Made by a program: the position numbers and the translations under genes | NCBI GenBank assembly: GCA_032718475.1 | Contig: JAUCBJ010000125.1 | Coordinates: 1-56,454, forward strand | Direction of reading: 5' to 3' | Length of the DNA stretch: 56,454 nt | Source of the DNA: Nemertoderma westbladi | Lineage: Eukaryota; Animalia; Xenacoelomorpha | The notes under the pieces: model-generated | Database searches by the model: none | Told to the model about the DNA's origin: nothing | Seen by the model: only the letters and a program-made list of their open reading frames with translations | Shown: positions 14,301 through 24,901 of the stretch, in pieces | How the letters are laid out: each line of letters opens with the position of its first letter | Numbering within the stretch: the first letter of the stretch is position 1

Positions 14301-17279
14301 GATTATCCCAAAAGCCTGGATGGTCATCCAGTACTCCACCGGTTTCTGGTTGAGGTCTCCTTCAGGCCACCACAGAAATCGTAGGCTATCTCGATCCCTA
14401 TCCAGCGCTTTGACTTGTAAGAACATGCCTTCTATATCTGAGGCGAAAGCAATGGAATATTGTCTTAATCTTAATAGTATTCCCAACAAGGATTGGAGTA
14501 AGTTGGGTCCGGGTAACAATTCAGAATTAAGAGATTGGCCCATATAGAGGGCGGAGCCGTCAAACACCACTCGTACTTCATGGGGTTTACCGGGTTTGGG
14601 AACATAATGGTGAGTTAAATAATATGTTCTCTCAGTTATAGGTGTTTCTTCCGGTACTAGCTCCGCATATCCTTTGCTAATAAACTTCTTCAACTGCGTT
14701 TTATACATTTCTTTAGCTGAAGAGTTTGCCGTAAGGCGTCGATGTAGTTGAGCAATTCTTTTCTCCGCCAAGGGTCTGTTGTTAATGAACTTTGGTTCTC
14801 GCTTTCGGAAAGGAAGACCGATCTCATATCTACCTTGATCTTTAAGAAAACGAATAGTTGTCGCTTGGATCTGCTTGGCTCTTTCTTCCTCCACTGATAG
14901 GGCCTTATCGTAGGAGTTGGGCTCTACAGCCTCTTGAGTAAAGAATCTCACGGCGTGTTCATCCCGAGTCTTGGCATTATAACATTCAATGACGTCATTA
15001 AGCTCGTCGTTATAGTCGTCTCGCTCTGATGGAAGAAGGAGTTGACATAAGTTCACTTGGTTTTGCCAAGTCTCGTTTTCCTTAAGGAGATCGATGGCAT
15101 TCTCCTCATCGAAGAGTTGGTGTAAATCGTCGTTGTCTGAGGAGTATGGAGTTCCCTCAGTTGGATCGTCTAACTCACTGTTCTCAACTTCCCATTCTCG
15201 CACTTGATATACCTGATCTTTCGGTAATCTTTCCATGAGAGTTCTACGGGAAGGGCCAGTAAAGTACCAACCCAGTCTAGTTCTTACCGCATAAGGTTGT
15301 AATGGTTGCGGTTGAGCAGGCCGTTTCTCCAATGTCTCGAGCGCTTCATGCGCGTTTTGACCGATGAGTATTTGCACTCCAGGGTAATCGGTGTCGAATC
15401 TAAGTATTTCCAGTTGCTGGGTGAAATCGTCCTCATCCCAGTTATAAGGTTCCACTTGGGTGGTAGCGAAGTTCTTTATCGCCACCATTTTTACTGACCT
15501 TATACTATGTTCTCCTAGTTCATCCTGGGGGGTGGACAACGCACCTACATAATAATCCGCTGTTACTGTAGATTTCCAAACCTGCATAATTCCTGACATG
15601 TTTAGCTTAGTTCGGAACTTGGGTTGTCCAGCAAATATGTCTTTGGCTAGTTCTTTGTCGATGAATGTTCCTGTACTACCGGAGTCAAGGAGGGCGTTCA
15701 CTACATTACTCCTTTTAGGTCCGTGTACCCTTACCTGTACTACAGGAAATTCTCGGATTCCTACATTGGAAGTTGGTGCTTTCCAAGATGGTTGTCGATC
15801 AGAAGTAGTTAGAGTGAGGTCGCTGTCTGTATCTTTTTCATACGTGAGTGCTCGATACACTGCGGTATTTATCATGTAACAGGATTCGTTTTCGTCGGAG
15901 AACTCATCCGTATAGAATCCTTCCATCTCAGATTGATCAGTGTCGTTCACATCACTGAATTGGACATGTAGTTCGGAATCACTTACCTGACTCGGACTAT
16001 TTCGCTCGAATTCAGTGTGCAACAAGATATGATGTTTCGCACCGCACTTTGCACACCTTGTGTCGGAGTAACAGGTTCGTCGTTGGTGTCCTTGTCTGAG
16101 GCAATTATAACATAACCGCTTATCCCACATGACTTCCCGTCTCTCCGTTAATGATTTCTTCAGGAATTCATCACACATATTTAAGCGGTGGGTCCTGTCA
16201 CATAGCGCACATTTCGGTTTGATGTTACTTACCTTATTTTGAATAACATTGTGCACACTCATTCTTTCTTCGGGCTTTCTCACCTGAATTCTCTTGGGAG
16301 ACATAGGAGGGGTTTTTCTTACCTGTTCTCTCCTGTCATTGGTTCGAGACTTGAATTTACTTACCTGATCTTTAGGCATTTTATTGACATAATAAGATCT
16401 TTCAGTGTCTTTCCCGCTATCCTCTCCTTGAGAAGTCTGGCTTTCGCCGTCGTCTGTATAACACACTGGTGTTACCTTTCTCCTGGAGACGGGTTTCTCA
16501 CTTACCTTGTTTTCCGGTGTCTTCTCTCTGGACTGCTTTATGAGCTGTAATTTCACTTCGCCATCCAAGAATGACATGAGATCAGCCATGGTAGGGTCTT
16601 GTTGTTGTTGTTCCATCATGTATAACACTTTCTTATCCCAGCGTGTACCTACTCCACCCTTCGGTAAAGTAGAAGCCACTGCTCGAATAACCATAGCACT
16701 CTGATACTCATGAGACTTACCTAGCCAATCTAATTGTCTGCAGATCTCATGAATCTCATCGGGAAACTCTATAATACCGCTGCTAATAAACTTTCGGGGC
16801 GCTACCAACTTTGCATACAAATACCCAGCTATGTTATTCCTATTACCATACCTGATGTTTAGTGTATCCCAAACTTGTCTTAATCCGTCTGGATGTCCAA
16901 TAAACTTTAACGCCATTAACTTGGGAGATCCTTCCAAACACTCGATGAGGAATCGAAGTTTCTCTCCATTAGATAGTACAGAGTTCTGTATGTTATCTTT
17001 GTAATATTCATTAAAAGGTAACCATTTCATCTCATCTCCATTGAACTTGACGATCTCTCCCACCTTTACCGCTTGCCGGGCTTCGGTTCTAGCCATTTGA
17101 CGCGTAAAACTTTCTTGGGCCATCGTGTTATTTAATATCGAGTTATCGGTATATAAATTTCTCGGATTATGATCAGGTCTATAGGGAATATCATTATCAA
17201 CAGGTTTATAATTACCCTTAATAGGGTTTACTATAGGAGTTTCTACTTCCCTAGCAGTATAGATGCGTGTAGGCTCCAC
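11316..17279 (-). CDS. BEL/Pao gag-pol polyprotein (CA, triple zinc knuckle, protease, RT, RNase H, integrase)
   Basis: KFNGD..KW..F capsid region. Knuckles CALC...H....C, CYNC....H....C and CAKC...HH.LLH. LLDSGS protease; RFLWW and YMDD RT; HVFGDAS RNase H; H.G...C..C, GVDLFGP, SDKGTNF and WERLIR integrase. Uninterrupted 1987 codons. Confidence 0.97.
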   Translation of the reverse strand: MEPTRIYTAREVETPIVNPIKGNYKPVDNDIPYRPDHNPRNLYTDNSILNNTMAQESFTRQMARTEARQAVKVGEIVKFNGDEMKWLPFNEYYKDNIQNSVLSNGEKLRFLIECLEGSPKLMALKFIGHPDGLRQVWDTLNIRYGNRNNIAGYLYAKLVAPRKFISSGIIEFPDEIHEICRQLDWLGKSHEYQSAMVIRAVASTLPKGGVGTRWDKKVLYMMEQQQQDPTMADLMSFLDGEVKLQLIKQSREKTPENKVSEKPVSRRKVTPVCYTDDGESQTSQGEDSGKDTERSYYVNKMPKDQVSKFKSRTNDRREQVRKTPPMSPKRIQVRKPEERMSVHNVIQNKVSNIKPKCALCDRTHRLNMCDEFLKKSLTERREVMWDKRLCYNCLRQGHQRRTCYSDTRCAKCGAKHHILLHTEFERNSPSQVSDSELHVQFSDVNDTDQSEMEGFYTDEFSDENESCYMINTAVYRALTYEKDTDSDLTLTTSDRQPSWKAPTSNVGIREFPVVQVRVHGPKRSNVVNALLDSGSTGTFIDKELAKDIFAGQPKFRTKLNMSGIMQVWKSTVTADYYVGALSTPQDELGEHSIRSVKMVAIKNFATTQVEPYNWDEDDFTQQLEILRFDTDYPGVQILIGQNAHEALETLEKRPAQPQPLQPYAVRTRLGWYFTGPSRRTLMERLPKDQVYQVREWEVENSELDDPTEGTPYSSDNDDLHQLFDEENAIDLLKENETWQNQVNLCQLLLPSERDDYNDELNDVIECYNAKTRDEHAVRFFTQEAVEPNSYDKALSVEEERAKQIQATTIRFLKDQGRYEIGLPFRKREPKFINNRPLAEKRIAQLHRRLTANSSAKEMYKTQLKKFISKGYAELVPEETPITERTYYLTHHYVPKPGKPHEVRVVFDGSALYMGQSLNSELLPGPNLLQSLLGILLRLRQYSIAFASDIEGMFLQVKALDRDRDSLRFLWWPEGDLNQKPVEYWMTIQAFGIISSPSNACSVVRTTADDNRDAFSKEVIDNIKRDIYMDDNLKSLPSVAEAIEVAKRTVECLKKGGFRLTKFTSNSREFLESIPVEDRGAKDLDLIKDDLPETKTLGLKWDTERDILFFQLKQRDNPVWTKRICLSILSTYFDPLGFISPVILIARSLVQQMWLENHSWDDPLKGELLKKWMKWEDSLPAIENFIISRSYFGHVLPTYSYQLHVFGDASDMGIGIVAYLRVETPDGIKVALVTSKALINNKLKVPRAELKAALYATAIGRNVTKQIDYPLEKTVYWTDALLVLEYITNEVCQFSVFVTNRVAIILSRTTMDQWRHCPGTINPADIASRGATPQELVDTPDWLGGPDFLYKEEEEWPPHLTTAEIRQAKGAEKVKPKTRASKSKLFKPMVDLSVLHTSGDDALDQKPTATNKLVVEIREKDWKSGIPDVSQGLSPLLQRAIHHYSSWNRLCKAVTYLKRCFHHHYSGMKAKGDTAPITSVQVHVIKDLPKYKIPDRFLKEKISYQEHEETNKQMLRLLQCYEDSDKYFLLLRNPQMRLRDRFSSTMIDGLIRVGGRLTNAPLSFDTKFPILIRNLEIQVKMIVDVHSKLYHAGRERVLSEIRTRYYFYKPRRALNQVLRNCIPCRKAFSRPLTQREAELPRERVSFYEPPFTNTGVDLFGPIEVYRARTIVKRWCVIFVCMTCRAIHLDMVNDLSTNSFLLSLRRQIARFGTSNTMRSDKGTNFIGANNEIKAYVKDWNQRQVDDQLRVTASSWTFNAADAPWWGGSWERLIRSVKTAFHFIVPCRAYLTDELLRTLMEEIAAYLNERPLMPVSSSPDSLEALTPAHFLLKKPVAMLPQSEITDGDEYCRQTWQLMQLLSRRFADHFEKHYLPTLQLRTKWFAQQENVSAGDMVLIVDVDLPRKRWQTGRIIETHISDDGLVRSVELVVMRRNFKKPGIVFETQQLNRPVGRLCLLERDRELSGNYGRQDTLPTTTSLIQQTSRDSPT

Positions 17280-17323
17280 ACCTTGCGCATGGGATACTTC
17301 AGACCTAACGGGTTGACATATTG

Positions 17324-19460
17324 TTACAAGGGTGGTGATATACCCTTTTGTAAATTTACTAATTTATCGCGTTCTAGCGCGATACTTTGCTGCACTTCTT
17401 GCAACTCTAACCTACTTTCCTTTACGGTTCCCTTTAACTGTTGAACAGTCCCTTCTAACTCTCGGACCTGTTGGGAGGAGCGCACTCGATTCTCCTCCAT
17501 CTTTCCGAGGAGAATATCCATCCCCCGCCGTCTCTCGTCTACCCAATCAACCGCCGAAGCGGGATCCGCCAACGTCGTAGCGGGCAGACAAGGGACTAAG
17601 GGCGATATATCCTTTATATTTCGCTCGGAGTCCAGGACCGATACTGTTTCAGGGGCTGTTCCTCTAGGCACAGATAATTTGGTGCTGTGTAAAGGGAATT
17701 TAAAGGTGGGTTCTGGGAGCACAGGTGTCTCTATCACCGAAGAGGTGATTTCAAGAACAGGCCTAATTATTTCAGGCTCATCTACTATAGTAGGGAGTCT
17801 TTCTATTTTAATTATTTGGTCTGTGGGTTCTGTACTACCTAAATCTGTGTTATTTAGTTGCCTTCTAACAGCTGGGGGCAAATCAGGCAATTTCTGACGG
17901 TGGGACATTCTTTTACGTCTGCTTAGGCGAGATCGATTTCCTCCGCCTTCAGGATCGGTGGTATTGCCTTCCTCAGATGATGTATAACCCTGTCTTTTGG
18001 GAGTAGATCGATTCATCATCTGCATATTACTAGCTGTTAACTGTTCACTGAAGTTGTCTTGCTTCTCTTGAAGATTTTCCAACTCTAGTTGGGTTGTCTC
18101 TTCAGATGCCCTCCGTTCTGCTTCTGCCACTGCTATTTTTCTTTCCGCTTCGGCCGCTGCCGCTTTTCTTGCCGCTTCTACTGCTGCAGCTGCCGCTTTT
18201 GCTTCTGCCGCTGCCGCTTTTGCCTCTGCCGCTGCCTCTGCTGCTTTTCTATCCGCTTCTGCCGCTGCCACTGCCGCTGCTGCTGTCTTTCTATCTTCTA
18301 TCCGTTTTTTCTTTACTTGTTCTTCTTGAACCTTAGCGATGCGGATGCTTTCATTGAATTTAGCTTGGTTCGCAGCTAACCTATCCACATTGATTGCATC
18401 CAACACACGCTGGGCTCCTTCACTATTAGGGCTAAGCCCCTCTAACTCTTCTCCTCAACTCTTCATCTCCTACAAAACGTTGATAGTCCGACAGATAGAT
18501 GTCAATGGCATCCCTCTTATGCGGCTTCTCTGCCGTCGCTTCACTTTCCACTTGGGAAAAGGTAGCGTCTGTGGATTCCCCAAGTGTTGAGCGCTCATCT
18601 AACTGCGATTTCCACGGGGCAGCTCTTTGAACTTGGAGACTCACTGGTTGAAACCAAGTCTTTACGGCAACTTGCAACGACGTGTCTTGTTTTCTTTTAG
18701 AAGCCTCCTCAAAGGCCGATAAGATTAGCCTGATTCGTAGAATTCTTTCTCTAACTTGATAAAGCAGCTGTCCCTGCTCTTGAGGTCCTTGTGGTTGTTG
18801 AAACAGTTGTTCTAATCGCTCCATGGAGCTGAAAAATCCCTGTACATATCCGGCTGCGGACCTCTTCCACACAGCTGGATCGATGGTTTCCTTGGTTACT
18901 CCCATCCTGTGTATATCTTCCCAGACAGCTTCTGATAAATCAAACGGGAGTCCGGGTCCGGGGAAGTTCCATTGCGACTCGACAATAGACTTCAGTTCTT
19001 CCCTTGTGTATCCCGCATAATTATCTTTAGTCGATCGCTTACTTCTCGCCCAATCGATCTGGTGTTCTTCCACCGCAATCAATAACCTAGTGAGTACGGC
19101 TGCAGGAAGGATGAGAAGGGGATCCGAATAAACCTCATCCGTCATCTTTGCCCCGCGCTCGGGTGTCAGCTCTACAGTATCCTCACTACTGGAGCTGTCG
19201 GGCCGTTAAGAAATAAGTTCTTGGCTCGCGGGTTGTTGTTGTTCCGCTGCTTCTTGGTCCCGCTTGACCTGAGCTCAAGTGCCTATGATAGACCTACGGT
19301 GTTGGATTAGCCTAGGGTCCGATATTACTACAGGAGGGATGACCTTCCTCACAGTAGGAGGTGAACTGAACTTAGGTCTAGACGGTTCTACAGCCCTATC
19401 TGAGTCGCAGATAGTTACATCTAATAAACTGTCTGACAGGTTCTGCTTGGTATCAGACAT
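17324..19460 (-). pseudogene. Disrupted upstream (gag N-terminal) ORF of BEL element 1 with Ala/Glu/Lys-rich coiled coil
   Basis: ORFs 19275-19472 and 18432-19145 are in one frame, separated by TGA (19275-19277) and TAA (19206-19208). A frameshift near 18450 leads into ORF 17324-18406. Confidence 0.65.
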
Positions 19461-19597
19461 GTTTGTTTGCACAGTTGAATGCTTACTGCTATATTACAGT
19501 CTAAGCAAGTCTAGTAATTCAGTATTAACTGTTAGCCTAGTAATTAATTACCGATAATGCTACTCAGTGTAGCGTGATATATATATATAATATATTA

Positions 19598-19847
19598 GAA
19601 TACCGGTATGCTTATAGTATATATAAGTATTATTACAGACTAGGTTTGTTACAGAATACCGGTATAATTTTAGCACAAATATATAAATATATAATAGGCC
19701 TATCATGAATACCGGTATGCAGCTTACACTTATAATGTATATATATAAGTATAATTACAGACTAGAATTAATTACAGAATACCAGTATAGTTTCAGCCTA
19801 AAATTTATAGAAATAAATATAATAAGCCTATGGTAAATACCGGTATG
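19598..19847. repeat. Tandem ~110-130 bp repeats with AATACCGGTAT cores in the BEL 5' leader
   Basis: Repeated GAATACCGGTATG...TTACAGACTAG...ACAGAATACC.GTATA units. Confidence 0.75.
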
Positions 19848-20807
19848 TCAATTATTTCAATAATTGAATTTCTGAATTTTTAAGGGTTACTTAGTTACTT
19901 TACTTACTTTATTACCGTTATTGGAGCAGTAGTCCAACTGATATTGAGACCTAATTGTTGTAAGGCAGGCCTACTATTTATAAATCGTTAGAGTTGATTT
20001 ATAATATATATACCCGTTTAAATGGGTTTTTTCCAATATTTGAAATAAATGTTATTATTTCTGGGTGGAGTCACTACACAGAAGCTGTGCGCTCTCAGTG
20101 GAGTGCTACTTGTTGGACACTAAAACAAATAATTCTAATTTACCTAAGTTACTTATTACTACAAATTACGTACAATTCGGGTTGAGATTACAATCTCTAA
20201 ATAAACACAAAAATTTAATTACAAATACACAAATACGAATTTTTAGGGTAATTTTACAAGAAGTCTACAAACCAGCCTAACAAAGGGTTAGAATCTGGTT
20301 ATTAAAACGGACAGGATACTACGGTATTTGAAAATAATAAGTAGTAGTAAATATATTGCGCTGTCCCGATAGGAAAATACCACCGTCTGACGACCTATAG
20401 CCGTATCGCTATAGGTACTACGTTATGTATCACGGAGTGTTCCTACCCAGAAGTTAATTACCGCGGTCTACCAGAACCAACGTGCCTATTAACCACTTTA
20501 CAACACAAATATACTGCCTACACACTAATTGCTTTAGGAAAGCACTGTACACTAAACCCTAAATTAGGTACAAGTACTTGTATAACAAATAATCAGTAGT
20601 TAAAAATACTTGAACAGCTAAAAGAACCACGGTATCTGCCGGAGTGACCAAAGCATAAAATCTCCAGTCTTTACCTACGCCAAGCAGCCCTGATGTAGTA
20701 CCGGAGTTAGTTTAACTATAACGGTATGTATAACAAGCACAATTACTGTAGGAATAAACTTGGGGAATGAATGTTGCAAATAATAGCATAAACTCTGAAT
20801 AATAAAT

Positions 20808-21380
20808 ATTACGCTACGCGTACAAACTACTCAAACAAAATGCAGACCAAATACTGACAGACTACTATCAAGCCTAAACAAACTACGGTATATGCAGACT
20901 CCGAAATGATTAGTTAGTATGCGTTCTAACCTAGTAGTACGACTTATTCTTTCACAGGGGGTTTACCTCACAGCACTTGAAGCCCCTACTTTCCTAACTG
21001 GCACTTTATCGGACAGATGCTCTACACACACCGAAATTTCCTCAGACCCAACAACAGCCAGACAACTATCCAGCCTACAAATTATCTAAATAAGAATTAT
21101 ACGCTACCTGTACAGACTACACAAACAAAGTACAGACCAAACGATGGCAGACTACTATCAAGCCTAAATAAACTACAGTATATGCAGACTCCGAAATGAT
21201 TAGTTAGTATGCGTTCTAACCTAGTAGTACGACTTATTCTTTCACAGGGGGTTTACCTCACAGCACTTGAAGCCCCTACTTTCCTAACTAGCACTTTATC
21301 GGACAGATGCTCTACACATACTGCAATCCGTTCAGACTTAACAACAGCTAGACAACAGTCAAGCCTACAAATTATCTGTA
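20808..21380. repeat. Tandem duplication, period 290 bp, in the BEL 5' leader
   Basis: TATGCAGACTCCGAAATGATTAG at 20891 and 21181, with near-identical flanks. Confidence 0.9.
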
Positions 21381-21472
21381 CAATCTGAGCAGGCTTACAC
21401 GCCTTCTGCTCAATATTAGCCTACTAGTAAATAAAACTGACAGAAATAAGTAAAAACTCAATAAAAAACCGG

Positions 21473-21999
21473 AGTAGTAGGAGAAGCATAGATCTCACGC
21501 AACTCCTCCCTAGCTTGGGCTACGGGCTGCATCTCGGAGGCAATTAAAAAATGCCAAATTTCTGCGCTAAATCGAGGTGTTTAATGACCATCTGTCACCA
21601 ACAGTATTGATTCGTGTCGTTGCCTTCAACCAATCGTTGCTTATCACCTACGCGTAGCCTAACCTCACGATGCCTGCCTTACTCGACAACTGTTACCACC
21701 CGCGAGTATTGATTCGTGTCGTTGCATCAACCAACCATCGCATATTCATCTTCGCGTAACCTAACTTCTCAACGCATGGCTAGCCCCCACCCCTCACTAC
21801 GCTATTATATTATATCGAATCGATTGCCAACCAACCAACTCAACGATTATTTACCCACCGCTAACTAGCCAGCCAGCCAGCCAGCCACATACATAACACT
21901 ACTAACGATGACGTGGTCATCTACACGCATCACCACACACATATACCCCACCCAATATTATATCGATTGCCAACTCCACGACTGCTGTCACCAAATCAA
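21473..21999 (+). repeat. Left TIR of the Polinton
   Basis: Near-perfect reverse complement of 39739-40259; degenerate similarity continues to about 22057. Internal direct repeats AGTATTGATTCGTGTCGTTGC. Confidence 0.95.
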
Positions 22000-22188
22000 C
22001 AAACCAACCAGTATGATACATGAGATTCCGTCACGTTCCAGCTATGCGTATACGAGCATTAGTGATTATTATTACGCAATAATTTTTTTGTTTATACTGT
22101 AGTTCCCTACCGGCTAATCAACCAATCAATAAACCGAATTTAGGCTATTTTTCAGTTTAAGACCTGTATTATTTTTGAAAATATCTTA

Positions 22189-22229
22189 TATATAATCTCT
22201 TGCTTTAATCACAATTAATCATTTGTAAT
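22189..22229 (+). promoter_or_regulatory. Putative TATA + initiator promoter for the rightward Polinton genes
   Basis: TATATAA at 22189 and TCATTTGTAAT with its A 32 bp downstream. Mirrored by the minus-strand motif at 39316-39356. Confidence 0.6.
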
Positions 22230-22288
22230 GGTTTTAGTTTAAAAGTTTTTACTTTGTTTGTTTGATTTACAATAAAATAAATTAAATA

Positions 22289-22732
22289 ATGTCTTCTGAT
22301 TCCGATATGGTTATGCCAATAGTAAGGCATTCATTTTTTGCAGAAGATGGTCAAGCCTATATTGTTATTGATTATACAATTTACCGTCAGGCAGATGATA
22401 AATATAAAATTGAGTTTTCTGAAAAAGCCAGGAAAGTTTTAAGCTCAATCGATATTGATGCTTCAGATAATAGTATTCATCTTTTAGATTACAACCTGAA
22501 AGCTGAGCATGAGGGAAAATTAACCAACATCTTACTATTATCCATGATAGAGGGATTTATTGTTATTACACAATACAACAAAGCTGGTGAAAAGTTTGAA
22601 ATACGGCTAAATCGGCATAGCCCCTACGAAATTATGTCTTTCTTTATTGTAATGATTTCAAAAGAATCCTTTGTCGAAACTGAAGAATCAACGGATAATG
22701 TTGAATATGTTGATAATATCATTGATTCTTGA
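22289..22732 (+). CDS. Polinton hypothetical protein (147 aa)
   Basis: ATG-initiated ORF after the putative promoter; no motif recognised. Confidence 0.65.
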   Translation: MSSDSDMVMPIVRHSFFAEDGQAYIVIDYTIYRQADDKYKIEFSEKARKVLSSIDIDASDNSIHLLDYNLKAEHEGKLTNILLLSMIEGFIVITQYNKAGEKFEIRLNRHSPYEIMSFFIVMISKESFVETEESTDNVEYVDNIIDS

Positions 22733-22903
22733 CTTTTCCCCCTATATTATAAATATTTTATGATTATATATAAAATTTTACTATTTTTAAATAATCGAAA
22801 ATTGTAGTAGTATTTGTATATACAGTATAACAGTTTTGTTTGTTGTTGTTGTTGTTGTTGTGTATTGTGGTAATTATTTTCAATTTACTTTAAAATTTGG
22901 AAA

Positions 22904-23176
22904 ATGGATATGTTAAATGAAAAATGTCCAGTTTGCTATTCTAATTTATTGCAACAACATCGAGATTATTATAAATGTGAAAATAAACATGCAACTTGCG
23001 TACAATGTATAGTACAATATTCCGAAATGAATAATTATTGTTCTAAAATTTGTCCTATTTGTCGCGCATCCATATCTAAGTTTAATATAAAGTTGGCAAG
23101 ATACCAACCCTTTTATTGGAAAGAGCTTCGCAATATAACTTATATTTCTGCGAAAAGTAATGATCCTGGAGATTGA
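22904..23176 (+). CDS. Small RING-finger protein (putative E3 ligase)
   Basis: CPVC...CENKH..CVQC...CPICR, a C3HC4-like pattern. Confidence 0.8.
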   Translation: MDMLNEKCPVCYSNLLQQHRDYYKCENKHATCVQCIVQYSEMNNYCSKICPICRASISKFNIKLARYQPFYWKELRNITYISAKSNDPGD

Positions 23177-23575
23177 TTTACAATATTGGAGAATATTTTT
23201 TATAGAAACGTAGTTCGAAGGTGTTGCTATTATATTCCTTATTTTTTTAGCAGCGAACATAAAAAAATCATAAGCGCGAAATTCTCGGGAAGTGATTTCC
23301 AAACCGCCGATGTTACCTATCATTATTTCGCGTATAAAGATGCTCACCATGCTTGAAATTACATCAGTCTATACTATAATTGGAAATAGCACCTTTTGTT
23401 GCAGCGAGCGTCACATACTGTAGTTGTGTCATATGTTAATTAAATATACAGTACTCTAATATTATTGTAGTTCCATCAATTATTGTTATATACATAGTAA
23501 TGGTGATGGTTTATTGATATTGATATTGATATTATATTATATTATATTGTTGATATATCTTAATAATAATAATAA

Positions 23576-24259
23576 ATGGCTGACTTTAATTCAGGCCCAT
23601 ATAATTTAAACTTTCAAATGGGAACAAGTATGATAATTTCTGGCCCATCTGGTTCCGGAAAGTCAACCTTTGTGGGGAATTTAATTAAACACAAGAATGG
23701 CTGCTTCAACGAAGCCCCCTTGCGAGTATTGTATTGTTACGGGAGCAATCCACCGACTATTCCCGGTATTACTCACCTTTACAAAGGTTTGCCCGAAAAT
23801 ATAAATAGATTAGTCAATAGTCGAGATTTATTAATTATAGATGATTTGTTAACAGAAACTGAGTCCAGTACAGCATTAACTGTATTGTTTACTAAGGTAG
23901 CTCATCATTCCAATATATTTATTTGTTTTATAACGCAAAACATGTTTTACGGTGGGAAGCATAACCGCACAAGATCAATTAATAGCCATACTTTAGTATT
24001 AATGAAAAATCCGAGAGACAGTCTATCGGTTTTAAATTTCGCAAAGCAAATGTTACCAGGGCAGACCAAATTTTTAGTTGATTCCTATCAAGATGCAACA
24101 ATTGAGCCATTTTCACATTTCTTAATTGATTTACGACAGGAAACACCCGAACATTTGAGATTTAGATCGGATATATTTCGTAATCATAATTGTTACATTA
24201 AAAATTACATTAACTATAAACGTAGCGAAAATAATAATAATAATAATAATAATAATTAA
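23576..24259 (+). CDS. A32/FtsK-like genome packaging ATPase
   Basis: Walker A GPSGSGKST, Walker B LLIIDD, plus ITQN and KNPRD, typical of Polinton ATPases. Confidence 0.95.
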   Translation: MADFNSGPYNLNFQMGTSMIISGPSGSGKSTFVGNLIKHKNGCFNEAPLRVLYCYGSNPPTIPGITHLYKGLPENINRLVNSRDLLIIDDLLTETESSTALTVLFTKVAHHSNIFICFITQNMFYGGKHNRTRSINSHTLVLMKNPRDSLSVLNFAKQMLPGQTKFLVDSYQDATIEPFSHFLIDLRQETPEHLRFRSDIFRNHNCYIKNYINYKRSENNNNNNNNN

Positions 24260-24299
24260 TAATTAATATTTTGTAACAATTTTCAATAATGTTGCAACA

Positions 24300-24683
24300 A
24301 TGAATAGACTTGTGCAGAAATATTGAAACGAACTGGAATTTCTACGCAGCGCTACCCCTCAACAAAGAACTTATTTTATTAACCATACAGCCAGTAACGA
24401 ATTAATACGGCTCATTGTAAATACTGCAATAAATGTTCTAAAAGGTAACGTACAATTGTCCCCGCATTCATTTAGAAATATTCGCTGCTATAAGAAGGTA
24501 TTGAAATCCCTCAACCGTAAGACAAAAAATATATCAAGTTACAGAAAAAAGTTAAGCAATCAATCTGGAGGTATACTGCCGTTTCTAATACCCTTACTCG
24601 GCATTGGTGCAAAACTTGCCGCGAGTGCCGGTGCCGCTGCCGCTGGGGCTGCTATTGCGAAAAAAATTAACCGTGGGCGGTAA
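24300..24683 (+). pseudogene. Polinton basic core-protein precursor (PW/pX-like) with a premature stop
   Basis: ATG at 24300 is in frame with ORF 24456-24683, with one TGA at 24324-26. N.LKGNV.L motif, basic tract, QSGG-ILPFL putative protease site, then a hydrophobic/amphipathic peptide. Confidence 0.75.
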
Positions 24684-24694
24684 TAATAATAATA

Positions 24695-24865
24695 ATGGTT
24701 AAAACGGGAGTAACATTTAGAAAATTATATTTAGTATCGAGTAAACCGTTAGCTACTGATTTAAAACCTCAAGATATACCTAGAGTAAATAGTACAAAAA
24801 GAAAACCATTCAAAACATCAACTTCGAAAAAAATAATCAAAAAATTTCAGTTGTTCTTACGGTGA
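24695..24865 (+). CDS. Short basic ORF (56 aa, MVKTGVTFRKLYLV...), possibly truncated
   Basis: ATG follows a (TAA)n leader like other genes of the element and fills the gap before the integrase. Confidence 0.35.
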   Translation: MVKTGVTFRKLYLVSSKPLATDLKPQDIPRVNSTKRKPFKTSTSKKIIKKFQLFLR

Positions 24866-24901
24866 TGCCCTTTATAAGAGATTTGAATATACATATTACT
24901 T

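Noticed and set aside
11689-17897. Numerous short ORFs overlapping BEL 1 gag-pol (similar ones over BEL 2, the RTE and pPolB)
   Set aside because: Shadow frames of long coding sequences with no motifs of their own.
18089-18379. Cys-rich and Leu/Pro-rich plus-strand ORFs
   Set aside because: Antisense shadows of the Ala-rich repeat.
20636-20650. TGGTCACTCCGGCAG (minus strand) as a tRNA PBS
   Set aside because: Not adjacent to any LTR, and I recognise no matching tRNA 3' end.
22946-23350. Minus-strand 134-aa ORF
   Set aside because: Overlaps the RING gene in antisense and has no recognisable motif.
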